Assembly (NCBI GenBank): GCA_964502895.1
Contig: CAZCZP010000003.1
Location: forward strand, 1 to 43,892
Length of the DNA stretch: 43,892 nt
Reading direction: 5' to 3'
From: an uncultured Bifidobacteriaceae bacterium
GTDB taxonomy: Bacteria; Verrucomicrobiota; Verrucomicrobiia; Limisphaerales; JADLHS01
In this document: piece by piece, positions 1 through 8,256 of the stretch
Numbering within the stretch: the first letter of the stretch is position 1
How the letters are laid out: every line of letters begins with the position of its first letter
Made by a program: the position numbers and the translations under genes
Notes under the pieces: generated by a model
What the model was told of the DNA's origin: nothing
What the model saw: only the letters and a program-made list of their open reading frames with translations
Database searches by the model: none

Positions 1-538
1 TGATGCCGCTCTGACAATATTGCCACTTCGCACCCGGCTCAAATTGCATCGGCGCCGCGAGCCAGAGCGGGACGAGGTCGGCCAGTGTTTTGGCCTGGCG
101 CGCCGCGTCGCCACCGGCTTCACCGAGGCCGGAGGTGTGCGTGAGGATTTGCGAGATGGTCAAGTTGGCGGGCTTGCCAGACGGCGTTTTTAGATTGGCG
201 AATTCGGGCAGATACTTCGCGACCGGATCGGCGACGTTGAGTTTGCCCTCGTCTTGCAGCATCAAGATCGCGACACCAGTGACGGGCTTGGTCATGGAGG
301 CAATCCAGAACAACGTGTCGGGAGCCATCGGCTTTTTGTCGGCGACGTTGGCGAGTCCAGTGGTTTCGAGATGGACGATCTTATCCTTCGTGACGACCAC
401 GGTGATCGCCCCGGCGATTTCGTTTTTGGTGATCGCCGCCTGCATCGCATCGCCGACGCCGGATAGTTTTGGCGTTTCGGCAAAGACTGGGAGCGTGGTG
501 GCGAAGGCAAGGCCAGTAGCGAAAAGAAAGGGCTTCAT
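1..538 (-). CDS. Serine hydrolase, beta-lactamase/transpeptidase-like family (N-terminal part only; the C-terminus lies beyond the window start)
   Basis: Absent from the supplied ORF track because it runs off the window edge. Reverse complement from ATG at 538-536 reads MKPFLFATGLAFATTLPVFAETPKLSGVGDAMQAAITKNEIAGAITVVVTKDKIVHLETTGLANVADKKPMAPDTLFWIASMTKPVTGVAILMLQDEGKLNVADPVAKYLPEF... It has a signal peptide and the S-x-x-K active-site motif (SMTK) in the usual class C beta-lactamase/esterase context. The listed + ORF 90..551 is its antisense shadow. Confidence 0.8.
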   Translation of the reverse strand, partial: MKPFLFATGLAFATTLPVFAETPKLSGVGDAMQAAITKNEIAGAITVVVTKDKIVHLETTGLANVADKKPMAPDTLFWIASMTKPVTGVAILMLQDEGKLNVADPVAKYLPEFANLKTPSGKPANLTISQILTHTSGLGEAGGDAARQAKTLADLVPLWLAAPMQFEPGAKWQYCQSGI

Positions 539-744
539 GGCCGAAGACTAGCCGAGTTGTTCCCAACGAAGCAAGAATCCGCTCTCGCGTCGGGAGCGCG
601 GGCTTTGCCTTCTGCGATCTTGCACCCAAAGCCAAAGGGGACTGATTCCTGAGGAAGGAGGAGTTGGCGGCATTGATCGCAAATGCTTCTGAATGAATGA
701 CGTAACTCAACCATCTTCGGAATGCCACATGCTGGTTTTGGAGT

Positions 745-1749
745 ATGGCTAGAAAGCAAAAATCTCTTGGGCAAGAGAACGGCAACGGCAAATCCTCCGT
801 AAACGCCTCTCGGCAAAGCCTGGCCACGGATGGAGACATCGTTTCGGCGAATCTTCGCGCGCTTCAACCGGTCTATTACGCTGCCATGCTGGAAGAGGCC
901 CGCCTCTTTGAAGTGGCAGAACGATTGGTGACGATGTTCGGCCAGGGACTTTTGCCGGTCGGCCACGGGCGCGCCGGGGCGATGCTTTACCGCCATTGGA
1001 AGGGACACCAGAGCCGGCTCACGACGGAGCAGCGGCGCAATGTGTATGCCCGGGCGTTCGGTTTGCCCGGCGGCGATGCGCGGGTGATGCCCAATCGCGA
1101 CTTCAATGATCTCTGGGTGAGCTTCGTTTCCATCGTCGGCATGTATTCGGCCGAGCTTCAATCGCTGCCGCCCGGCGAACGTTCGGTCAGTGCGGAGGAA
1201 GTCCTTGTCAGTGGAAGGGCCCTCGCCATCAATCTTTCGAGCCACGGTCATGGCCTGCCTTGGTTCGCGGCTTCGGATTTCAAGCTCGAGATTCAGCAGG
1301 TCGTCGAGCTGCTCTCCGACGCGGAACTGCAAAATGCATTCGGCGCCAAGACGCCGTGGCAGGTCGTTCGCAATGTGGCGGCGGTGGAGTTGGGCGCCAG
1401 GCCAAACGTTCCGCGGGGCTACACGCGGGCAGAAAGCGGCATCGTCATCATTCGCTGGCTGGCCAACCGCCGGGCCCGCCTGCTGCGCCCGCGTTCCGCC
1501 AACATTCTCAGGCACGAAGACATTTGCGAAGGACGCACGGCGGCGTCGCAAAACAAAAAGCCGTCCGTTTATCCGACGGATTCCGATCTCGTGACCGCCT
1601 GCGAACAATGGCTTGGCGTCACGGGCACGCAGGAAGCGGAGTTGAAAGACCAGTCGCCGCGCGAGGAGCCAGTTTCGCGAGTCAAGACTCCGGTTGCACA
1701 GGAGGAACCGACCGGCGAGGAAGCCCTCACAAACGAACCTGCGGCCTGA
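745..1749 (+). CDS. Hypothetical protein (no family recognised)
   Basis: 334-aa ORF with balanced composition (…LRALQPVYYAAMLEEARLFEVAERLVTMFGQGLLPV…NRDFNDLWVSFVSIVGMYSAELQSL…). The overlapping minus ORF 535..1608 is Arg/Pro/Gly-rich, typical of an antisense shadow in GC-rich DNA. Confidence 0.65.
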   Translation: MARKQKSLGQENGNGKSSVNASRQSLATDGDIVSANLRALQPVYYAAMLEEARLFEVAERLVTMFGQGLLPVGHGRAGAMLYRHWKGHQSRLTTEQRRNVYARAFGLPGGDARVMPNRDFNDLWVSFVSIVGMYSAELQSLPPGERSVSAEEVLVSGRALAINLSSHGHGLPWFAASDFKLEIQQVVELLSDAELQNAFGAKTPWQVVRNVAAVELGARPNVPRGYTRAESGIVIIRWLANRRARLLRPRSANILRHEDICEGRTAASQNKKPSVYPTDSDLVTACEQWLGVTGTQEAELKDQSPREEPVSRVKTPVAQEEPTGEEALTNEPAA

Positions 1750-1784
1750 GGTTCAGTCCCCGCAGCTCGACGATTTAGATTCTT

Positions 1785-2474
1785 CTATTTCGCTGACGCG
1801 GCCATGCGCAAGGCGACCTCGGCGACACGTTTTCCGACGCCTTTGATCGTATTCAGACTGCCTTCGTCCTTGGAGAGTTCTTCCCCTTGCGATTGGATCG
1901 TTCCGCCCCAGTGATTTCCCGGCTTGCCGTCGCCGACGAGAATCATCTCCTGTGAGAGCATGAACATGATGAGTTGTTGCAGGATCAGTTCCACGCCGGT
2001 GTTGCGTCCGGCCCCGACGGCAATGGCGCCGCCCACTTTGTTACTCAACGGGAAGCCACCTTGACGGAAAGCAAGCATACGCTCGAAGAGTTGTTTGAGC
2101 GGTGACGAAACGATCCCCATGTAAACCGGCGAGCCCATCAGAATGCCATGCACATTTTTTGCCTCCAATTTTTCGCGGAGGGCGGGGAAATCGTCCGGTC
2201 GGTCGGAACTCTTGGCGCCAACCGCGATGTAGGGGTCGAGGTTCAGGCCGGAGAGTTCAATCAATTCCGTGGTGATGGCGGGGCTGACGGTCTTGGCAGA
2301 TTCAAGCGCGAGTTCCACGGCTTTGTAGGTGGATTTGCCTTTCCGCAGGCTGCCGGCGAGGCCGATGATCTTGACCGATCCGGCCGCGGGCTCGGCCGCA
2401 TTCGACAACGTTGGGAGGGTGGCTGCCGACATCGCGGCAGCACCAAGGAAGAGACGGCGGTTCATGTTTTTCAT
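1785..2474 (-). CDS. NADPH-dependent FMN reductase / flavodoxin-like fold protein with twin-arginine (Tat) signal peptide
   Basis: The N-terminus MKNMNRRLFLGAAAMSAATLPTLSNAAEP fits the Tat consensus (RR-x-F-L). The mature part (IIGLAGSLRKGKSTYKAVELAL…ILMGSPVYMGIVSSPLKQLFERM…GGAIAVGAGRNTGVE) matches the FMN-reductase/flavodoxin-like pattern. Confidence 0.85.
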   Translation of the reverse strand: MKNMNRRLFLGAAAMSAATLPTLSNAAEPAAGSVKIIGLAGSLRKGKSTYKAVELALESAKTVSPAITTELIELSGLNLDPYIAVGAKSSDRPDDFPALREKLEAKNVHGILMGSPVYMGIVSSPLKQLFERMLAFRQGGFPLSNKVGGAIAVGAGRNTGVELILQQLIMFMLSQEMILVGDGKPGNHWGGTIQSQGEELSKDEGSLNTIKGVGKRVAEVALRMAASAK

Positions 2475-2587
2475 GGGAGTGTTGGGTTCTCCCGCAGAGT
2501 GACCAAAGGGAAATCACGCTTCAAGGGAAAATGGGAGCCGACAGTTTTCGCCTGCTTAATCCCAGACGGCGTTCGCTCCGATACTGC

Positions 2588-2812
2588 TTACAAAAGCAAC
2601 AGCGCCTTTCGCGTTGAATCCTCCGTGGTGGAGCGGGTGCGCACGCGACGACGGCGCTCTGGCGAGATGCCTTGGGTTTCCAACATGAATTTTCGCAGGT
2701 GACGTGGACAAATTCCATGCGAGAGCGAGCCAGTTTCGCCAACCACCGCGCGCGGCTTGCACCATGCGCAGACGGCGACGCGCAGCGATAAATCAAGTTG
2801 AGCATCTTGCAT
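2588..2812 (-). CDS. Possible small Cys/His-motif (zinc-ribbon-like) protein
   Basis: 74-aa ORF MQDAQLDLSLRVAVCAWCKPRAVVGETGSLSHGICPRHLRKFMLETQG… The C-x-W-C…S-H-G-I-C-x-x-H arrangement resembles a recurrent small bacterial protein motif (CxWC…SHGIC). The Arg-rich tail and the lack of other support keep confidence low. Confidence 0.4.
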   Translation of the reverse strand: MQDAQLDLSLRVAVCAWCKPRAVVGETGSLSHGICPRHLRKFMLETQGISPERRRRVRTRSTTEDSTRKALLLL

Positions 2813-3247
2813 TCGACGAGCACTTAATCTTTCACGGCGCAGAATTCGTCAATGCAGTATTCGCGCTGTTCACTTGGCGGAGTTCGCGGGCAAACTCGCG
2901 GAGCGTCATCGGCCTGGTGGCACGCCCGCGCAACGCGAGGGTTGGGGTGAGCGTTACGGTGTCCGCGGTTGGGAACTCGCCAACGAGCCGGCGCGGCAGC
3001 GCGAATCAAGGCCGCAAATCCCAAACCGGCGGCGACAGCCCTGGTGATTGATCGCGTGGACAAGCCTGAAGATTGATGTCGCGGAGAATTCCGGGAAGCC
3101 TGCCGATTTCAACCCACTTAATCCGAGCTTCGTCCTGTCGGAAGCCGGCTTCGTCAATACAGTCTCGTTTTTTGAACCGTGTGGGTGTTTGATGCCCGCC
3201 ATCGGTCGCGAGGCTGGAACAAATCCTCGCGCCGTCCGTAGAGTTCG

Positions 3248-4675
3248 ATGCAGGACACGCTTTCAGATACCGGAAAGCCGCGAGCCAGGGCGCAATCACG
3301 CCGATGGTTGGGCGCCACTTTTTTTGTCGGTTGGACGGCTTTGGCGGCCTTCGCCGTCTGGTGGTTGATAACGGACGCCGCCAGGTCAGGCGACACGGTA
3401 ATTCGCGTCAGCCCGGGCGAAGTGAAGGCCTGGAGCGTGCGCCTGCATGAAAACGTCGTGTTGGCTCGACTGAATTTTCCCTGGGCCCTGGCGTGGATAT
3501 TCTTGCTGCCTTACGTCCTGTGGATTGGCGCGCGATTCAGCTTTGAAGGCGCATTCTGGCGGACGCGATTGCCCATTCTGCTCGCGACCGGTGCAGGTTT
3601 TGTCTGGGCGTCCCAATGGTTGTCCAACCAACTGGGCGCCGGACAAGCGATGATCGTCATGGTCAACTACAGTACCGATACGTCCGTAAGAAAGTCCGCC
3701 CCCCTTGAAGGAAAGGTTGATGAATCATTCACTTCGTTCGCTCGCGTCGGTATCACCAACCGCATCGTCACGAATCGCTTTACCAAAGTTTTGATTTCCG
3801 GCGACACCGGCGAAACAAACTGGGAAATGTCGGCCACGGAGATTCTCTCCGGCCTGCCGACGAATCTGCCGCACATGTTGCGCGGAGGCGGGGCGGGCTT
3901 CCTGCCGCCACCGGGATTTCGCTCGCGCCAATGGTCGGCCGCGCTTGATGGTCTTGCTTATGTCGCACTGATTGGCTTGGCGCACGCGGGCGTTTTTTAT
4001 CGCCGTTACCGGGAGCGCGAAGCGCAGGCGTCCCTGCTGGAGTCGCGGTTGAACGAAGCCCGGTTGCGCTCGCTTCAGGCTCAGTTGCAACCGCACTTCC
4101 TCTTTAACACACTCAACGGCATCGCCACGCTGGTGCGGCGCGATCCAGCCACCGCGGAAGAAATGCTTTTGTCGCTCAGCGATCTCTTGCGAATCGCTTT
4201 GAGCAGTTCTCACCGGCAGGAAATCCCGCTGCGGGAGGAGATGGATTTTATGGAGCGTTATCTCGCGCTTCAGAAGATGCGGTTTGGCGAGCGCCTCCAG
4301 GTCAGTGAAGAAATTGACCCTGAAGCGATGGATTGCCTTGTTCCGGCATTGGTGCTGCAACCGCTCGTCGAGAATGCGATCCGTCATGGCCTCGAACCTT
4401 CAGGGCGGCCCGGCAAACTTCGGATCGCCGGATCACGAGAAGGAAACTGGTTGAAGCTCACGGTTGAGGATGATGGCGTTGGACTTTCACCTGGCGAAGA
4501 ACATGGATCAGGCGTGGGCCTCGCGAACGTTCGCGAACGATTGGCTGCCTTGCACGGTGCGGCGCAAAAATTCAGCATCGCACCAGGACCGCAAGGCGGC
4601 GTCGTGGTGAACATAAAATTCCCGGCGCGAACGGAAACCGCTCCCGTGGAGAAGGAGGAGGGCATCGTCACATGA
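3248..4675 (+). CDS. LytS/YehU-type sensor histidine kinase
   Basis: N-terminal transmembrane segments, then the His_kinase (LytS-type) signature LQAQLQPHFLFNTLNGIATLV and an HATPase_c domain (LVLQPLVENAIRHG…EDDGVGL…GSGVGLANVRERL). The stop overlaps the next start (ATGA at 4672-4675). Confidence 0.9.
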   Translation: MQDTLSDTGKPRARAQSRRWLGATFFVGWTALAAFAVWWLITDAARSGDTVIRVSPGEVKAWSVRLHENVVLARLNFPWALAWIFLLPYVLWIGARFSFEGAFWRTRLPILLATGAGFVWASQWLSNQLGAGQAMIVMVNYSTDTSVRKSAPLEGKVDESFTSFARVGITNRIVTNRFTKVLISGDTGETNWEMSATEILSGLPTNLPHMLRGGGAGFLPPPGFRSRQWSAALDGLAYVALIGLAHAGVFYRRYREREAQASLLESRLNEARLRSLQAQLQPHFLFNTLNGIATLVRRDPATAEEMLLSLSDLLRIALSSSHRQEIPLREEMDFMERYLALQKMRFGERLQVSEEIDPEAMDCLVPALVLQPLVENAIRHGLEPSGRPGKLRIAGSREGNWLKLTVEDDGVGLSPGEEHGSGVGLANVRERLAALHGAAQKFSIAPGPQGGVVVNIKFPARTETAPVEKEEGIVT

Positions 4676-5433
4676 GCTTGCGGGTTGTGATCGTGGATGA
4701 CGAGCCGCTCGCCCGCGAGCGCGTGCGGACCTTTTTGGCCGAGGAAGCGGACGTGGAGATTGTGGCGGAATGCGCCGATGGCGCCGAAGCCGTAAATCGT
4801 ATTGAACAACTTCGACCCGATGTTCTGTTTCTCGATGTGCAAATGCCACGCTTGAATGGCTTCGAAGTGCTCGAAGCGATTGATGCCGCAGCAATGCCGG
4901 TGGTGATTTTCACCACGGCGCACGACGATCATGCGATTCGCGCTTTTGAAGTGAGCGCGGTGGATTACTTGCTGAAACCCTTCAAGCAACCGCGCCTGCG
5001 CAAAGCAGTGGAACGCGCGCGAACACAACTGCGCGCAGCGAAGGGCAACAAAACCCATCCACAACTCTCGTCGCTGCTTTCCCAATGGCGCGAAGGCGCG
5101 GGCGGCGGGCCGCGTGTGCTCGTGAAATCTCCCGACCGTATTCTGTTCCTCAAGCCAGACGAGATTGATCACATCGAGGCCTGCGGCAATTACGTCGTGC
5201 TTCACGTCGGCAAGGACAAGCACATCGTCCGCGAGACGATGACGGCGATGGAAGCGAGGCTGGCCAATTCCGGCTTCATGCGCATCAACCGGTCGGTGAT
5301 CCTGAACCTGAGCCGCATCAAGGAACTGCAGCCGGTGGCGGCTGGTGAGTATGTGGTGATCCTCAAAACCGGCGCGCGTCTGAACATGACTTGCAGCCTG
5401 CGCGATTTGCAGGCGCGGCTGAGCCACGCCTGA
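4672..5433 (+). CDS. LytR/AlgR-family response regulator (receiver + LytTR DNA-binding domain)
   Basis: Receiver motifs RVVIVDDEPLARE…PDVLFLDVQMPRLNGFEV. LytTR domain ILFLKPDEIDHIEACGNYVVLHVGKDKHIVRETMTAMEARL…FMRINRSVILNL. Strong GGAGG box at 4653-4660 upstream of the ATG. Confidence 0.92.
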   Translation: MSLRVVIVDDEPLARERVRTFLAEEADVEIVAECADGAEAVNRIEQLRPDVLFLDVQMPRLNGFEVLEAIDAAAMPVVIFTTAHDDHAIRAFEVSAVDYLLKPFKQPRLRKAVERARTQLRAAKGNKTHPQLSSLLSQWREGAGGGPRVLVKSPDRILFLKPDEIDHIEACGNYVVLHVGKDKHIVRETMTAMEARLANSGFMRINRSVILNLSRIKELQPVAAGEYVVILKTGARLNMTCSLRDLQARLSHA

Positions 5434-5597
5434 GGCAACAGGCGACCGCGACCATCACAGAGGCCCGAAACCTAATACCTCAAGGAGCAATGCGCTCAAA
5501 TGGCAGCACACACGGCGTGAATATGGTTGTTCCGCTCCCGGGCGCAGACAGATTTCGACCCCGAAGTGACGCTGGTAACCACCGAGGACCAAGCCGC

Positions 5598-6647
5598 TCA
5601 AGCGCCGGAAATGCGGACTACTTTGCCAGCCTTCGTCGACCGGTAACACGCTTCCAGAATGACTTGGCTGCGCAAACCTTGAAGGGCAGATTCCTTTGTG
5701 TCACGACCGTCCAGCAACGCCTGGCTGAACGCCTCGATCTCGGCGCGATAGGTGTTTACTGGTTTGGGAGCAATGATAATACCTTCGCCAGAGTTGCGAG
5801 CTTGTTTCGCGTCGTATCGATTTCCGGAGTCTTCCAGGAACGCGACCATTTTGCCATCGGAACCCTGACCGATGGTGTCTTGCGCGAGGATGCTGCCGCG
5901 CGAGCCATAGAGTTCGAGCCGGTTCTTGCTGCTGTGATCGCGAATGCAAAAGAATGTATCCACGGTTGCCAGTGCCCCGCTTTTGAAACGCAATAGAGTA
6001 GCGCCGCTGTCCTCTGTGGCATAGCGATGAATCGTGTGGTTTATCATGCAACTCAGCGACGCGACCGGGCCAAAGAACATTTCCAACAAATCAATGCAGT
6101 GGCCCGCGAGGTCCATCAACGCTCCGCCGCCACTCAGTATCGGGATTTGCCGCCATGCACGCCGCAACGGCGGATACCAGCAGGAAAGTTGCGCGCGGGC
6201 GTAAACAGGTTTTCCCAACCTGCCGTCCTGTATCAAACGCAGTGCGGCCAGATGCTGGCTGTGGTAGCGCATCATGAACGCTGTGCCCAAATTGACCCCG
6301 GCCTTCCTGCACACATGCACCATGCGCCGCGCTTCGGCAACATTCACGCCCAACGGTTTTTCGCAGAACACGTGTTTGCCGGCGGCGGCAGCCAGGCGCG
6401 TCTGTTCCAGATGCGCGTGGTTTGGCGAGGCGACGTAAACGGCGTCCAGGTCGAGCGAGAGAAGTTCGTCCAGGCTTTCCACCGCGCGCGCGCCAAACTG
6501 GCGGGCCACGGCGGCATTCGTCTTTTTGTTCCGGCCAAACACGGCGGCGAGTTCGGCGTTGCGCGCTGCCAGAATTCCCTCGGGAATGGTCCGGCGTCGC
6601 GCAATGCCGCCCGAAGCAATCACTCCCCAAAGTATTTTTGTAGCCAT
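5598..6647 (-). CDS. Gfo/Idh/MocA-family NAD(P)-dependent oxidoreductase
   Basis: N-terminal Rossmann motif WGVIASGGIARRRTIPEG, EKPL motif (FCEKPLGVNVAEA), and a C-terminal alpha/beta domain typical of the family. Lies 12 nt downstream of the MFS gene on the same strand. Confidence 0.92.
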   Translation of the reverse strand: MATKILWGVIASGGIARRRTIPEGILAARNAELAAVFGRNKKTNAAVARQFGARAVESLDELLSLDLDAVYVASPNHAHLEQTRLAAAAGKHVFCEKPLGVNVAEARRMVHVCRKAGVNLGTAFMMRYHSQHLAALRLIQDGRLGKPVYARAQLSCWYPPLRRAWRQIPILSGGGALMDLAGHCIDLLEMFFGPVASLSCMINHTIHRYATEDSGATLLRFKSGALATVDTFFCIRDHSSKNRLELYGSRGSILAQDTIGQGSDGKMVAFLEDSGNRYDAKQARNSGEGIIIAPKPVNTYRAEIEAFSQALLDGRDTKESALQGLRSQVILEACYRSTKAGKVVRISGA

Positions 6648-6659
6648 GACCGGGCGTAA

Positions 6660-8207
6660 TCAGGATTCCGTTGGACGCGGCAGGAACATCGCTGCGAAGG
6701 CAGCCGGGATGAACAGAAATCCCGCATAAAGCAGCGCCGCGCGATAATCGCCGACTTTGGCGACGAGCCCAAAGAAAACGGTGCCGAACGCAGCGAAGAT
6801 GCGCCCGATGTTGTAGCAAAAACCCGCGCCTGTGGTGCGGAGCAGCGTCGGGAACAGCGGCGGCATCAACATGGTGAACAGCCCGAAAACTCCGGACCAG
6901 AATCCGACCGCGGGCAGCCAGAATTTCGTCAACGCCGCGAGTGAATGGTTCGGGCCAAAGGTCAGGGTCATTGTGATGACGAATCCGCCGAACATCGCCA
7001 CAATCGCCCCGCGCCAGCCGATCTTTCGCGCGAGCGCCCCGGCGACGAAATTTCCCACGATGCTGATGCCGATGATGAGCGCGAAAGTTGTGGCGACCAG
7101 TTTGTCTCGTTGCGCGCCGTTCATGGCGACCACTTCCGGCAGGCTGCGGACATGCTGCGCCTGCCAGAACATGAACGCCCACCACGCCGTCAACGAACAC
7201 GCGCAAACCGCGATGGACAGCAGTGTCGTTCGCCTTATTCCTGTCCCGAACAATTCGAGCACGCTCGGTTGTTGGCCGGCCACCTTCGCCGCGTGCCACG
7301 TTTCCGGCTCCGGCACATTCCGGCGAATCCAAAACACCAGCAACGCGGGCAAGACGCCGATGAGAAAAATCCAGCGCGGATGCTGCCCGCCCAACAACAC
7401 TCCGGCGAGGCACGCTCCCAACACGCCCAGATTCACGCCCGTCTGGAGCACCGCCGCCGTCCAGGGCCGCCATTTTTTCGGCCACGTTTCCGCGAGCAAG
7501 GTCGAACCCACCGCCCATTCGCCGCCGATGCCCAACGCGGCGAGGAAACGAAAGATCAACAGGTGCCACCACGTTTGCGCGAAGAAAGACAAGCCGGTGA
7601 AGACCGCGTAGGTCAACACCGTCAGGCTCAGCGCCCGCGAGCGGCCCAACAAATCTCCCAGCCGGCCAAAGAATCCGCCGCCCAGCGCCCAGCCGATCAG
7701 GAATGCCGCCTGAATCCACGAACTCTTTTCCTTCACCTCGGAACTGCCGGTGTGCGACCGCGCCTGGAACACCTCGAACTCTTCGCGCGAAATGCTGCCA
7801 TTGTTGTTTCCATCGGCGACACCAAACGACTCTGCTTTCTGCCACTCGGTGGTGGAAAGACCCAGGCTGTGGTCTGTATCCAGTTGGGTGAATTCACTGC
7901 GAAACGACTGCCCGTTGATCAGGATGGCGACAAAGGCCGTGGCCACGAGCGTGTAGAGGTGCATGTCCAGCCCGTCGAACAACCAGCCCAGCCAGGCGGC
8001 GATGCCGGATTTCCATTGCTGCGGCGAGAGCGAGCGTAACGTGGTGGAATCCGCGCCGGCGGGCGCGGTGGCTGAAGCAGGTTTGGTAGCAGCCTGTTCC
8101 ATGCGATGGAGCGCGCGCATGTTGGCGAAACGGTGTGGCGATGCGAGCGAAAAGTTGGCGAGATGAGAACCGGGCGCAAAGAATTTCCAAAAGAATTTCC
8201 AAGACAT
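6660..8207 (-). CDS. MFS transporter with an EF-hand pair inserted in the TM1-TM2 loop
   Basis: Multiple TM helices and the MFS loop motif GRLGDLLGRSRAL, GGEWAVGSTLLAETWPKKWR. The insert carries DTDHSLGLSTTE and DGNNNGSISREE. The start is uncertain: the longest ORF starts at 8207, and in-frame ATGs at 8120 (MRALHRMEQ) or 8102 (MEQAATKP) are equally plausible. Confidence 0.88.
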   Translation of the reverse strand: MSWKFFWKFFAPGSHLANFSLASPHRFANMRALHRMEQAATKPASATAPAGADSTTLRSLSPQQWKSGIAAWLGWLFDGLDMHLYTLVATAFVAILINGQSFRSEFTQLDTDHSLGLSTTEWQKAESFGVADGNNNGSISREEFEVFQARSHTGSSEVKEKSSWIQAAFLIGWALGGGFFGRLGDLLGRSRALSLTVLTYAVFTGLSFFAQTWWHLLIFRFLAALGIGGEWAVGSTLLAETWPKKWRPWTAAVLQTGVNLGVLGACLAGVLLGGQHPRWIFLIGVLPALLVFWIRRNVPEPETWHAAKVAGQQPSVLELFGTGIRRTTLLSIAVCACSLTAWWAFMFWQAQHVRSLPEVVAMNGAQRDKLVATTFALIIGISIVGNFVAGALARKIGWRGAIVAMFGGFVITMTLTFGPNHSLAALTKFWLPAVGFWSGVFGLFTMLMPPLFPTLLRTTGAGFCYNIGRIFAAFGTVFFGLVAKVGDYRAALLYAGFLFIPAAFAAMFLPRPTES

Positions 8208-8256
8208 TTGGCGCGGTGTTGCTCACACTCGATCCGCATCGCTTTTCAAGCCGATT

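Noticed and set aside
90-551. 153-aa + ORF at the window start
   Set aside because: It is antisense to a much better minus-strand serine-hydrolase reading frame (signal peptide + SMTK motif), and no family features are visible in the + translation.
535-1608. 357-aa minus-strand ORF
   Set aside because: Arg/Pro/Gly-rich, low-complexity translation fully overlapping the better-composed + ORF 745..1749. This is a typical antisense shadow in GC-rich DNA.
2824-3063. 79-aa TTG-initiated ORF with a signal-like N-terminus, considered as a separate CDS feature
   Set aside because: The TTG start, Arg/Ala/Pro-rich body and only moderate third-position GC give it too little support for a feature call. 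It is kept only as part of a low-interest finding.
4384-5427. 347-aa minus ORF
   Set aside because: Antisense to the clearly recognisable LytS kinase C-terminus and the LytTR regulator; the translation has no motifs.
6091-7845. 584-aa minus ORF (and + ORFs 6832..7611, 6945..8039)
   Set aside because: These are off-frame or antisense overlaps of the Gfo/Idh/MocA and MFS genes. The translations are extremely Arg/Gly/Pro-rich, whereas the chosen frames show family motifs.
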